A DNA stretch of 50,492 nt from Candidatus Bathyarchaeia archaeon (lineage in GTDB: Archaea; Thermoproteota; Bathyarchaeia; Bathyarchaeales; Bathycorpusculaceae), in contig JAVZLS010000010.1 in assembly GCA_038883715.1 (NCBI GenBank), forward strand, positions 1 to 50,492. The letters run 5' to 3'. Both the position numbers and the translations under genes were made by a program. The notes beneath the pieces were generated by a model. The model saw only the letters and a list, made by a program, of their open reading frames with translations. It was not told the origin of the DNA and ran no database searches. Positions within the stretch are counted from its first letter, which is position 1. Each line of letters begins with the position of its first letter. This document shows positions 10,332 to 19,949 of this stretch, piece by piece.

Positions 10332-10775
10332 TCACCTAACCTCTTGAAGCACGCGACGGAAGTCCTCCGGCTCCTCAAATCTGCGGTAAACAGACGCGAA
10401 ACGAACGTAAGCTACTCGGTCAAGGCTTTTCAAGTACCTCATCACCAAGTCGCCAATTTCTTGCGACGTGACTTCTTCCTTGCCCATAGCCATCAATTCC
10501 TGCCTAACCTTCTCGGCTAAGGCGTGGATTTGCTCCATTGAGACTGGTCTTTTTTCGCAAGCTTTTTGCAAGCCCCTAACGATTTTGTTTAGGTCGAAGC
10601 GTTCAAGTCTTCCGTCACGTTTCCGAACCATCAGCTCAATGGTTTCTATGTACTCGTATGTTGTGAAGCGCTTCCCACAGCTGACGCATTCTTTGCGCCT
10701 TCTTATGGTGTTGTCTGGCGAGTCCCTCGTCTCAAGGGTTTTTATGTTTTCCGAGCCGCAGTAGGGGCACTTCAT
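10332..10775 (-). CDS. nrdR: Transcriptional repressor NrdR
   Basis: MKCPYCG...IRRRKECVSCGKRFTTYE, ATP-cone, AYVRFASVYR; ATG at 10775. Confidence 0.93.
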   Translation of the reverse strand: MKCPYCGSENIKTLETRDSPDNTIRRRKECVSCGKRFTTYEYIETIELMVRKRDGRLERFDLNKIVRGLQKACEKRPVSMEQIHALAEKVRQELMAMGKEEVTSQEIGDLVMRYLKSLDRVAYVRFASVYRRFEEPEDFRRVLQEVR

Positions 10776-10796
10776 GGCTTCACTCTGCGTCGCGTG

Positions 10797-10812
10797 CTTC
10801 AATATATAGTGT
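10797..10812. promoter_or_regulatory. NrdR box 1
   Basis: CTTCAATATATAGTGT matches the acaCwAtATaTwGtgt consensus at 13/16. Confidence 0.8.
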
Positions 10813-10829
10813 TTGACTTTTATTTTCAA

Positions 10830-10845
10830 GCACTAAATGTAGTGT
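10830..10845. promoter_or_regulatory. NrdR box 2
   Basis: GCACTAAATGTAGTGT matches the consensus at 13/16; starts 33 bp from box 1. Confidence 0.8.
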
Positions 10846-10848
10846 GGC

Positions 10849-10856
10849 TTTTTAAA
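10849..10856 (-). promoter_or_regulatory. Putative TATA box of the nrdR-nrdD-nrdG operon
   Basis: Minus strand TTTAAAAA preceded by purine-rich AAAG, immediately upstream of NrdR box 2. Confidence 0.5.
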
Positions 10857-11121
10857 CTTTATGCAACAAAAATGTAAACACAAGCCAAAACCAAAGCCAC
10901 CAATAAACAAAATTCAGTGCTAATCAAAAAAGGATGGCGAGAATTTTCAAATATTTTAGAAGCGTTGGCAACCGAACAAAAACTATAACTTTAAAACACT
11001 CCATTTAAAGGCATTCCATCTTTAAAGGGGAGAAAACTTTCCCGTTAAAACGCGTAAAAGCTGAAAAATTTTAAATATGAAAGGCTTCATTGCCGAGCAT
11101 CGGTAATGTTTATTTCTAGCC

Positions 11122-12033
11122 TTGCTCTTGTCAAGAACTGTTATGGATTTGAAAATTGCGACTTTCACACGTGAAGACATTGCCAGCCTGGTTAAGCTGC
11201 TTAATGAGGAGTATTCCAGCTCCTACGAGTTTATCCCATACACCGTTGAGAAACTTCTGAAAGAAATTGAGGAACGAAACCTAATGGTTCTCGTTGCAAA
11301 AGGGGACAGCGAAATCTTGGGATGCATAGCCCTCCACGCGGGACATCACGGCGAACACATTGAGTGGATGGCGTCTTCAAAAGGCCCCCACCAGCAAGTT
11401 GTTGAAGAAACGCTTGTCAGCGAAGTGGAAAAGCGTATTAGTGGCTCCAACATTTCCGTGAGGGTTGACGCCGACAGCCCCAAAATGCGTTTTTGGATTG
11501 AACGAGGCTACAAAGCCGAAGATGGATTCTACCACATGGTTGCAAGATTGGACGGCGTAAAACCCTTGCCGCCAGTTCCAGAAGGCACAATTATCAGAAG
11601 CTTAAAACCAGACGAGGAGAAAGCCCTCATCGAAACTGTAAACACGGGGTATGGCTGGGAAAGGCTTAGGGAAGGCTTCATAGCCGAATGGAAAGCCGAG
11701 CACCCGCCTTTTGATGAAAGCTGGATTCACGTAGCTGAAATAGACGGCAAAATAGTTTCAGCAGTGGCTTCCAGACCGGACACGGAATACAACAAGCTCT
11801 TTAAAGCCAGAAGAGGCTACCTTGGACCAGCCGTGACACTGTCAGAATATAGAGGGCGGAATTTGGCTTCGGCTCTAACCCGCCGCGCCATGAACTTCCT
11901 CTACGAAAAGGGAATGGACTCCGTAGCGCTTCACACAAATGAGCAGAACAAGCCTTCGGTTACGCTTCTGAAAAATTTGGGCTTCGAGGTCAAGCACGTC
12001 TGGAAATTTATGCACAAAAATGTAGTTAAATGA
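11122..12033 (+). CDS. Tandem GNAT acetyltransferase
   Basis: AVTLSEYRGRNLASAL acetyl-CoA motif and LGF motif; degenerate N-terminal GNAT domain. Confidence 0.85.
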   Translation: MLLSRTVMDLKIATFTREDIASLVKLLNEEYSSSYEFIPYTVEKLLKEIEERNLMVLVAKGDSEILGCIALHAGHHGEHIEWMASSKGPHQQVVEETLVSEVEKRISGSNISVRVDADSPKMRFWIERGYKAEDGFYHMVARLDGVKPLPPVPEGTIIRSLKPDEEKALIETVNTGYGWERLREGFIAEWKAEHPPFDESWIHVAEIDGKIVSAVASRPDTEYNKLFKARRGYLGPAVTLSEYRGRNLASALTRRAMNFLYEKGMDSVALHTNEQNKPSVTLLKNLGFEVKHVWKFMHKNVVK

Positions 12034-12083
12034 ATACAATCCAGAAAGGGTAAGAATGAGAAATTTGGAAAATACCAGAAAAT

Positions 12084-12551
12084 TTACGGGCGCTTCTCGA
12101 CTGCCTTCTCAGCCTCCAACTCCTTCACTCTTGTTTCGATGAACTCCGCGACTTTTTCTTGGCTGTAGCGCTTCTCCTCCTCGTACTTTCGCAGCTGTTC
12201 CTTGATAGTTGCCAGAACCTTGTCCATGTCGAAGGGCTTCAGTATGTAGGCGTCTGCACCGCGGTTGACGGCTTCTATGGCGTTCTGCAGTGTCGGATAA
12301 CCCGTTATAATTATTTTTCTCATCCTCGGCACAGTGTCCTTCATCCTTGTTAGGAGCTCTATGCCCTCCATGTCCGGCAAGCGTATGTCTATTAGGGCTA
12401 GGTTGTAGACTTTTCGCTTGGTCTTCTCTATGGCTTTCTTGGCGTTTTCAGCCTCGTCAACAATGTAGCCCTCCTCCTCTAGAATGGTTGTTAGGACTTT
12501 CCTTATGTTTTCGTCGTCGTCAACAACGAGGATTCTTGCGTTTTCAACCAT
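12084..12551 (-). CDS. Response regulator (receiver domain + short helical tail)
   Basis: ILVVDDD, DIRLPDMEG, ITGY and YILKPF motifs. Confidence 0.93.
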   Translation of the reverse strand: MVENARILVVDDDENIRKVLTTILEEEGYIVDEAENAKKAIEKTKRKVYNLALIDIRLPDMEGIELLTRMKDTVPRMRKIIITGYPTLQNAIEAVNRGADAYILKPFDMDKVLATIKEQLRKYEEEKRYSQEKVAEFIETRVKELEAEKAVEKRP

Positions 12552-15500
12552 ATTTTTTCACCTCCTTCTTCTTTTATTTCGGGTTCTATGGGAAGGGTTA
12601 CCGTGAAGGTTGAACCCCTACCTAAGGCGCTTTCAACCTTTATTGTGCCCCCGTGGGCTTCAACAAAACGTTTACAAATGGACAAGCCGAAACCCATACC
12701 CTTAGCCTTAGTCGTAAACAGCGGAGTCCAAAGCTTCTTCATTGTTATCTCCGACATGCCAACCCCCGTGTCCGCGACAACAAACTCAACTTTCGCGCCT
12801 CTCTTCCTACACCCTATTGTTAGGGTTCCACCCTTAGGCATGGCGTCAATAGCATTCCTGATTAGGTTTATGAGAACACGCTTAACCTTCTCAAAGTCAG
12901 CCCTTATCTTTGGCGAACTGCGAACAACTTTCACTACATGAATGTTGCTTGGAATCTCAACAGAAGCCAGAGCCTCTTCCACTAACGCCTTTGGACTCGC
13001 CTCTGTTATGTCAAGCTTAATTTCCCTAGAATAGTCCAGGAGATCGTTTATTATCTTATTCGAATAGCCAATATTTTTCTCTATAAGGTTAAGCATCTCC
13101 ATAACCTTTCCATCTATGGTCTGGTTCAGCCTCCTCTTGAGGTAATATGTGGCGCCAGCAATGCTTGTCAACGGGTTGCGGAGGTCGTGTCCCACCATTC
13201 CAGCTAGTTCGCCTATGACAGCTAGCCTCTGGGCTTTAAGCAGCCTATCCTGTATTTCCCGCAGTTCCCTTGTTCGCTCCTCAACTTTCTGCTCAAGCTG
13301 GTCAGCATAAGCCTGAAGCTCCCTCCTAGCCTTTTCGAGGCTCTCCATAAGCTCAGCATTTTCAATGGTTATTGCTGCTTGGTGTAGGAAAAGCTCCAGT
13401 GGCATGAGGGACTCCCTCGTTGGCTTTTTTCCATCAACGGGGTCGTCCATGCTTAGAATGCCAACTATGCGGCCTTCAGGTGTGCGTAACGGTGCATAAA
13501 GCATGTCCTGCGGATGCCAGTCCACCATATTCTCCTCTGAAAGGCGACTCGGAACCGCTGTGGTTATGTGTTTTTCCGCTTCGTCCAGCGGGATTTCTGG
13601 CGGGATGCGGAAGAAGTGCTCCCTAATCCATGGGTCCCTCCAAGGTATGTAGAAGAACTCGCCAATCTTATACTTCTCAAACTTTGGACCTAGGCGCTCC
13701 TTCCAAACGTGTCCTGGGGCTTTCCTCTCCTTAAGAAGTTTAATCTCCTCCTTTGTTAAGCCTACTGTTATGACCTCTCTTCGTTCAAGGTTTTCATCTA
13801 CACGCCCAATAACCACTCTTCTCCAGCCGAAGCGTTGTATAGCCCTTGCTATTTCCTTAAGCCTTTTACGGGCATCCTTAATCGTCATTATTTTTGTGGA
13901 GCTCCGCATCAAGTTTTCAAGCTTTTCCGAGAGGTTTTCGAGGCTTTCTCTTCTCTCTATGTTGCTTAATGCTATTGCAACGTGGGAAGCCAATATTTCA
14001 AGAAGCCGCTTATCCTCCTCGTCGAAGGCTGCCAGCTTCTCGCTTTCAACATTTAACACGCCCAAAACACGGTTTCCAATTTTTATCGGCACTGCAAGCT
14101 CAGATAATATTCCCTTTACCCCGGCTTCAACGTAGGCTTTCTCCCCTCTAACATCTGGAACATAAACCGTCTTACCAGTTTTTGCCGCCATGACAGTTAT
14201 GCCCTTATCCCCATCCAGTGGAAGTGCAATTTTCGGCGTGAAGCTTAAGCCTCTCGTTTTAACTAGCCTAAGCTTTTTGCCGACAACGAGGAAGAAGTCA
14301 ACATTTTTGAATCCAAGGATCCTCTGCATTGCATCTAAAGTTTTTATGCACACTTCGTCCACATTTCTTGCTCTGTTCAAGCTGCGTCCATAGGCGTTTA
14401 GCGCTGAAAGTTTTTCCCTTCTCCTGAGGTTGCTTATCGCTATAGCCACATGTGAAGCCAATATTTCTAAGAGCTTCTTATCCTGCTCTTTGAAGGCTGC
14501 TGGCTTCCTGCTCTCAACGTTTAATACGCCTAAAACTTTCCTTCCCATCTTCATGGGTGTTGCGAGTTCTGATAGGATTTCTTCGCCGCCCCTAACGTAG
14601 GCTTTTTCCTTTCTTACGTCTGGGACAATTATTGATTTTCCAGTTTTAGCTGCCTTTACGGTTACGCCCTTATCTCCGTCAAGGGGCAGTTTAAGGAAGA
14701 AGACTTTGGAGTATCCTCTGTAGGCAACAAGTTTCAGAAAGTTTTCCTCTGCCGTGAGGATTGAGGCATACTCAAAACCGAGGGTTTTCTCCATAGCGTC
14801 TAAAGCAAGTCGATGAATCTCTTTGATGGATTTGGCATCATTAAGCCTTTTAGCATAAACGTTAAGCTCTGAGAGCCTCTTTTCAAAAAGTTTTCTCTCC
14901 TCTTCAAGCCTAATGCGTTCAGTTATGTCCAGAACTTGGGCTATGGTGCGTATCCGACCTTTGGCATCCCTTAACGTTACAGCTCTAACCTCGATTTCCC
15001 TTTCCGTGCCATCCTTCCTAACGATTTTCAGCCTATACTCCGTAAGAACCTTCTCCTCATTTTTATGCTGTCTTGTCTGTACACAGAGCTTTTTGTTCGT
15101 GAAATATGCCTTATACTCATTTGTTAGAAACTTTCTGAAATCCTGCCCAACTATCTCCTCTTTCGGATATCCAAGAATGTTGGAGAGCTCATCATTAGCG
15201 TAAGTAATTTTGTAGTTGCCATTTATTATTGCTATGCCGTCATGGGAGTTTTCAACGATTGAGCGGAAGAGCTCCTCCCTCTCCATTAGTTTCGCTTCAA
15301 TGAATTTGTGCTCTGTTATATCCCTGCTTACGCCAATTAAGCCGGCAATGTTCCCGTTTTTATCGTGGATTGGAACCTTAATTGTGTCGAAAAACCTCCT
15401 ATTTCCTTTCTCGTCAACTGTATGTTCCTCCACACGGACTACAACACCCTTGCTGAGCACTTCCTCGTCGCTTTTACGGCATTGAGCAGCCAAATCCGGA

Positions 15501-16423
15501 GGGAAGAGCTCCTCATCCCGCTTTCCAATAATCTCCTCCTTTTTTAAGCCTACCAGCTTTTCGAAGGCGCTGTTCACTATTAGGTTTCGCCTCTCAGCAT
15601 CCTTAAAATAAACAATGTCTGGAATTGCTTGAACCAAAGTGTGAAGGGTTGTTGTTATTCTTTGAAGGTTATCCTCGTAGGCTTTGCGGCTTGTCACGTC
15701 TCTGGCTATACCCAGCTCGCCAACAATCTTTCCATCCTCAATCAAAGGCACACTTATGAATTCGCCAACCAAATAGTCGCCTGACTTTGAGCGGACACGG
15801 AGCTCCACCATTTCAGGCTTGCCAGCGAGAGTTTTCTGGAAGGAATCCACAGCCTTTTCAAGGTCTTCTGGATGAATAAGCTCGGTAAATGGTTTTCCAA
15901 TCCAGTCCTCACATTTCCAGCCGGTAACCTTCTCAAAAGCTGGATTAAGCGAAATAATCCTCCCATCAGATGAGATGCTGTAAATTACGTCTGGGGCGGC
16001 CTCAACAAGGGTGCGGTACCGCTTTTCACTTTCAGCTAAAGCCCTCTCCATTTTCTTGTGCGCAGTTACGTCTATGGCTATTTCAAATCGGACATACTTG
16101 TTTCCAGGCCAGATTATGGCTTTGTCTATGCACTTGTACCATTGATTTCTTTTCTTGCAGTGGTGCTCCCATACATGGGTTTTTCCAAGGTTTTCTCCGA
16201 AAATGTATTTGTTGGTGCAGAACGTGCATGGGCTTTTGGCGCCGTGGATAACCTCATAACATTTTCTGCCTACAACTTCCCCGCCGAGAACCTCTTTAAA
16301 CTTGTCATTTGCAAAAAGTATCTCGTAGGTTTCGGGGTCTGCCACATAGACGAGGTCTTCTAAACCGTCAAATAATGAGTGAAGTTTTTCCAAAACATGG
16401 GCTACGTTTTCGTTCTTTTCCAT
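12503..16423 (-). CDS. Cytoplasmic multi-PAS/GAF sensor histidine kinase
   Basis: About four PAS/PAC repeats, two similar GAF repeats plus a third divergent one, H-box GHDLRNPL, N-box NLIRNAIDA, G boxes DTGVG and GMGFGL. Confidence 0.93.
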   Translation of the reverse strand: MEKNENVAHVLEKLHSLFDGLEDLVYVADPETYEILFANDKFKEVLGGEVVGRKCYEVIHGAKSPCTFCTNKYIFGENLGKTHVWEHHCKKRNQWYKCIDKAIIWPGNKYVRFEIAIDVTAHKKMERALAESEKRYRTLVEAAPDVIYSISSDGRIISLNPAFEKVTGWKCEDWIGKPFTELIHPEDLEKAVDSFQKTLAGKPEMVELRVRSKSGDYLVGEFISVPLIEDGKIVGELGIARDVTSRKAYEDNLQRITTTLHTLVQAIPDIVYFKDAERRNLIVNSAFEKLVGLKKEEIIGKRDEELFPPDLAAQCRKSDEEVLSKGVVVRVEEHTVDEKGNRRFFDTIKVPIHDKNGNIAGLIGVSRDITEHKFIEAKLMEREELFRSIVENSHDGIAIINGNYKITYANDELSNILGYPKEEIVGQDFRKFLTNEYKAYFTNKKLCVQTRQHKNEEKVLTEYRLKIVRKDGTEREIEVRAVTLRDAKGRIRTIAQVLDITERIRLEEERKLFEKRLSELNVYAKRLNDAKSIKEIHRLALDAMEKTLGFEYASILTAEENFLKLVAYRGYSKVFFLKLPLDGDKGVTVKAAKTGKSIIVPDVRKEKAYVRGGEEILSELATPMKMGRKVLGVLNVESRKPAAFKEQDKKLLEILASHVAIAISNLRRREKLSALNAYGRSLNRARNVDEVCIKTLDAMQRILGFKNVDFFLVVGKKLRLVKTRGLSFTPKIALPLDGDKGITVMAAKTGKTVYVPDVRGEKAYVEAGVKGILSELAVPIKIGNRVLGVLNVESEKLAAFDEEDKRLLEILASHVAIALSNIERRESLENLSEKLENLMRSSTKIMTIKDARKRLKEIARAIQRFGWRRVVIGRVDENLERREVITVGLTKEEIKLLKERKAPGHVWKERLGPKFEKYKIGEFFYIPWRDPWIREHFFRIPPEIPLDEAEKHITTAVPSRLSEENMVDWHPQDMLYAPLRTPEGRIVGILSMDDPVDGKKPTRESLMPLELFLHQAAITIENAELMESLEKARRELQAYADQLEQKVEERTRELREIQDRLLKAQRLAVIGELAGMVGHDLRNPLTSIAGATYYLKRRLNQTIDGKVMEMLNLIEKNIGYSNKIINDLLDYSREIKLDITEASPKALVEEALASVEIPSNIHVVKVVRSSPKIRADFEKVKRVLINLIRNAIDAMPKGGTLTIGCRKRGAKVEFVVADTGVGMSEITMKKLWTPLFTTKAKGMGFGLSICKRFVEAHGGTIKVESALGRGSTFTVTLPIEPEIKEEGGEKIWLKTQESSLLTTTKT

Positions 16424-16426
16424 GTT

Positions 16427-16750
16427 TTAGGCATCACCCGAGAAAATGCGCTTTTTTAGGCTTTCCACACTGTTTATTAGGTTTGGCTGGTTTTCTGGCT
16501 CCTCAAATTCCAGTTGAAACTTGTCGTAAAGCCTTTTCAGTATAAGCTTTTCCAGGTATGATGCTCCTGGTCCGAAGATTTTTTCTAGGGCTTTTTGGAA
16601 TTCTGTTAGGTTTTTTGGGATTTCTTCCAGTTTTATTTTGAAGGTGTTCTCCAGGTGGTATAGAATAGCTTGTTTTGGCGTGTCGCCAAGGGTTGATAGT
16701 CCCTCTTCGATGGCTTCTAGGAATGTTTTTTGGAAGTCTTTTGGGGGCAC
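16427..16750 (-). CDS. Small helical signalling-associated protein (DUF3227/NitrOD-like)
   Basis: LEAIEEGLSTLG...ILYHLE...FQKALEKIFGPGA; paralogous to the next gene. Confidence 0.6.
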   Translation of the reverse strand: MPPKDFQKTFLEAIEEGLSTLGDTPKQAILYHLENTFKIKLEEIPKNLTEFQKALEKIFGPGASYLEKLILKRLYDKFQLEFEEPENQPNLINSVESLKKRIFSGDA

Positions 16751-16848
16751 TTCTGTTCGCCTTAATCAGTATATTAAATCTTAAGATGCATTAAACCTTT
16801 TCGAAAAACAAAATTAAAATCCTTATGAATCCAAAATCAATAAAACAC

Positions 16849-17187
16849 CTAACGCCCAGCCTTAGCCTTACCCTTCTTAAAGCTCTCCCTAGCAGCCTCC
16901 ACATAATTCACAAAAACGAACTCTTTCCGCTCATCCCATTCAAGGGGCTTACCAATGCGATCATAAAGCCTCTTCATTATCAAAATTTCGAGAAACCGCG
17001 CGCCAATTCCAAAAATTTTTTCGAGGCCTTCTGCAAAATCCCTTATGCGGTTTGGGATCTCTTTTCTCGGTATTTTGAACTTTTCTTCAAGGTGATAATA
17101 AATTGATTGTTTTGCGGATTCGCCCAGCGAGGCTAAAGCCTCGTCAATAGCCTCCAGCAATATTTCCTCGAAGCTTTTTCCCGTCAA
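16849..17187 (-). CDS. Small helical signalling-associated protein (DUF3227/NitrOD-like)
   Basis: LEAIDEALASLG...IYYHLE...FAEGLEKIFGIGA. Confidence 0.6.
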   Translation of the reverse strand: MTGKSFEEILLEAIDEALASLGESAKQSIYYHLEEKFKIPRKEIPNRIRDFAEGLEKIFGIGARFLEILIMKRLYDRIGKPLEWDERKEFVFVNYVEAARESFKKGKAKAGR

Positions 17188-17315
17188 TTTTTGCTCCTCT
17201 TTTCCTCCCTAAATTGCCCATCCAGATTAGAGTAACGGTTTACCCTTTTTCTCGTTATAAAATTTGTGTGGCGCCTCAATTTTAAATTGCTGATTGGGCG
17301 GAATTCGAATCGGAT

Positions 17316-17495
17316 TTAGGGTTTTGGGGCTTGTTTGCGGACGCGCTCCTTCATTAGGCTTAACTCCTTTGCATAGTCCATCAAAGCTATCCTTAAGGTT
17401 TCGCTTTCACTTGTGCCAAGTCTCTTCGAAAGTTCCTCTAATATTTCCTTTTGCTCGGCGCTTAGGACGACTTTCACTATGCGTTTTCTAGGCAT
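17316..17495 (-). CDS. Ribbon-helix-helix (CopG-like) regulator
   Basis: IVKVVLSAEQKEILEELSKRLGTSESETLRIAL; ATG at 17495. Confidence 0.75.
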   Translation of the reverse strand: MPRKRIVKVVLSAEQKEILEELSKRLGTSESETLRIALMDYAKELSLMKERVRKQAPKP

Positions 17496-17587
17496 CACTT
17501 TTGCCTTCAGTGTATTCTGTATATTTAGTATATCAGAAACACTTAAAAGACTTACTCCACAAAATATCAAAGGGGAGAAGCAATAAA

Positions 17588-18019
17588 ATGAAAACGTTGC
17601 GCATATCAGACGACGTCCATCAGAAACTCACCGCTCTGCTCGGCGAGCTTATGGCTCAAACCAGCAAGATGCAAACATACCAAGACGCCATTGAGGCTAT
17701 GCTATACCAGTCGGTTATATTGCCGCCAGAACTCCTAGGCGAGGTTGAACGCTTCATCCAAACCCACAAGGGAAGGGGCTACACAACTAAGGAGGAGTTT
17801 ATCCGCCAGGCGGTGCGCTTCATGCTGAAGTGGGAATCCGGCGAATACGAGTATGTGGAAGTTCCAAGGGAAGACTATGAAAAGCTAAACAAAGCCTTAA
17901 AAGAGATGGACACGCCCTATGCCAATGCTGAAGACTTCATCTACAAGCAGATTCAAAAAGCCCTAGAACAGTACGAGGAATGGCTCAAAAACAAAGAAGG
18001 CGCGAGGAAACGACCATGA
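17588..18019 (+). CDS. Multi-RHH DNA-binding protein
   Basis: KTLRISDDVHQKL, SVILPPELLGEVE..GYTTKEEFIRQAVR and VEVPREDYEKL..YANAEDFI: up to three RHH-like units; ATG at 17588. Confidence 0.7.
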   Translation: MKTLRISDDVHQKLTALLGELMAQTSKMQTYQDAIEAMLYQSVILPPELLGEVERFIQTHKGRGYTTKEEFIRQAVRFMLKWESGEYEYVEVPREDYEKLNKALKEMDTPYANAEDFIYKQIQKALEQYEEWLKNKEGARKRP

Positions 18020-18261
18020 GCCGAGCAGTTCTAACCGCTATATTAGCCGAAATCGGCGTAATGCTAAACGAAACTGAAAAGGAAATGCTTTACCATGAAC
18101 TTTTAGCCTATTTTGGGCTTGTCGGCGCGTTAAACGAGTGTCAAGCCCTAGAAAACGCTTGGCAAGACCCCTACAACAAACGCGAAATAGGGGAATTCAT
18201 AAGGGCTTGGTTAAGGCGAAAACAAAGGCGAAGGGAGGAAATAATGACATGGGTGGTCTAG
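18016..18261 (+). CDS. Hypothetical protein
   Basis: ATGA overlap with the previous gene; 81 aa. Confidence 0.65.
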   Translation: MSRAVLTAILAEIGVMLNETEKEMLYHELLAYFGLVGALNECQALENAWQDPYNKREIGEFIRAWLRRKQRRREEIMTWVV

Positions 18262-18266
18262 GCGTA

Positions 18267-18593
18267 ATGGCTTTTGACGTTTCGCTTATCGCAAGCATCA
18301 TCATAATCCTAATGCTTGTGCTTTTCCTCCTAATCTTCGCCTTCATGGCACTGTCCTTCCTAAAATGGATGAAAGCCTCAGCCTACTACGTGCGGCCGCA
18401 AGCCATAAAAGTGGAGGATTATGCATGTCCAAAATGCGGCTCAAAAGAGCTAGAGCTTGTTGGAAGACGCACAATGAGGTGCAAGAAATGCGGAACAATA
18501 TTTACAATATGCACCCATGCTGCTGAGGAGTATTGGGTTTTCTGGCCCTTCTTCTGGTTCTTTCCCATAATATGGTGGAAAACAAAAGACTAG
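18267..18593 (+). CDS. Membrane-anchored Zn-ribbon protein
   Basis: N-terminal TM helix, CPKCG...CKKCG, aromatic C-terminus. Confidence 0.7.
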   Translation: MAFDVSLIASIIIILMLVLFLLIFAFMALSFLKWMKASAYYVRPQAIKVEDYACPKCGSKELELVGRRTMRCKKCGTIFTICTHAAEEYWVFWPFFWFFPIIWWKTKD

Positions 18594-18746
18594 CCTTTTC
18601 CCATTCTGAAAATTTTGCCATTAGGCCAACGGGTTGGGCCGTGTTTGGGCCAATAGATTTGCCCTTGTGTGGTACAATTCGGCTTTTCATTTTCTTCCGC
18701 GTATTCTTCTGCTGCTGAAAAGCGCGTTAAAGGGGCTGGTGTCTGG

Positions 18747-19949
18747 TTGCCTTGGGAAGTAACCGCCAACTACATTCGCAGTGGCCATCGCAATCCTGAC
18801 GAGTTTGAGCCTGAAAGCCTTCGCACTGTTGTGCTTTCTGATGTTGAGGGGATTAAAGCCATTGTTGGTAAGCCTAAGGGTGGCAAAGGCTCCACAGAAG
18901 TTGTTAGTTTTCTTTTTGATGTTTCTAAGGGCTGGACTTTGGAGAAGGCCAAAGAATGGTTTGAGAGGCATTCTAGGCGTAAAGAGCATTTCTTTGCTGT
19001 TTTGCCCTTCAAAGTGCTTGAAAAAATTGTTGATAAGCCGCTGCGTATCCGCGGTATAGCCTTAACTGCTGGCATGAGCCGAAACTTGAATGTTTACTTG
19101 CCAGAAGAGCTTGAAGCCTTTGCCAGTCGGCTTGTTTCCGCGCCTGTTTATGTGGAGCACGTGGCTGCCGCGAACGCTGTTGGAAAAGTGGTGGACGCCC
19201 ACTGGGATGGGCAGAACCTCTGGTATGAGGCTGAAATCTACGATGACGAAGTTGCCGAAAAAATTCGTAAGGGGCTGATCCGCCATGTGAGCATAGGCGC
19301 CGACTACGAGCGTCTGGATTTTGTTGATGGCAAAATCCCCAAAGGCTTGCACAACGCCGAACTAAGCCTTGTGGCTGTTCCAGGCGTTCCGGAGGCGAAC
19401 ATCCAAATCTTGGAGAGGCTTCAGGAGCAGGGCTTCAGTCCAATAGCTTCAGGCGAGTACATTCTCGGATTCTACCAAGACGTGGAGGCTTTTCTGCCAG
19501 AGCATTTCGCCACTGTTTGGCTTGACCGTGAGAATGGCGTTTTAGCCATCATGGGGCGTCCCAGAGCGGAGCCGGACACCAGCCTTGTTCAGAGCATATT
19601 TTTTGCCAAGGAGAAGATGTGGGATGAGCGGAAAATTAGGGACTGGCTTAGCTTGCATCCAGCCTACATGGCGCCTGTTCCAACGGCTAAAACTTTGAAG
19701 GAGAGTGAGGCTGGTGGTGACAGCGGCGGTAAAGCTGGCTCTGGGGCTGAGGGCTTGTTTGTTAAAAGCGCCAAGCCAATGATTCCCATCGAGGATGTTG
19801 CGAGGATGATAAGGAATGTTTTGCCAAGCCCGATGGTGGAGCGTAGCTGGGGACTTGGTCCCCAAAGAATGTGCCAAGAGCTCCGCGGCGTGCTCTATAA
19901 ACTAAGCAAGCTTGAAGGAGCTGTGAAACAGAATGTTTGTGGGCGTTGA
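18747..19949 (+). CDS. Prohead maturation protease (HK97-type) with flanking repeated domains
   Basis: IRGIAL..GMSRNLNVY, VYVEH (His), AVGKV, HVSIGA (Ser), ELSLVAVPGVPEANI; likely TTG start at 18747. Confidence 0.85.
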   Translation: MPWEVTANYIRSGHRNPDEFEPESLRTVVLSDVEGIKAIVGKPKGGKGSTEVVSFLFDVSKGWTLEKAKEWFERHSRRKEHFFAVLPFKVLEKIVDKPLRIRGIALTAGMSRNLNVYLPEELEAFASRLVSAPVYVEHVAAANAVGKVVDAHWDGQNLWYEAEIYDDEVAEKIRKGLIRHVSIGADYERLDFVDGKIPKGLHNAELSLVAVPGVPEANIQILERLQEQGFSPIASGEYILGFYQDVEAFLPEHFATVWLDRENGVLAIMGRPRAEPDTSLVQSIFFAKEKMWDERKIRDWLSLHPAYMAPVPTAKTLKESEAGGDSGGKAGSGAEGLFVKSAKPMIPIEDVARMIRNVLPSPMVERSWGLGPQRMCQELRGVLYKLSKLEGAVKQNVCGR

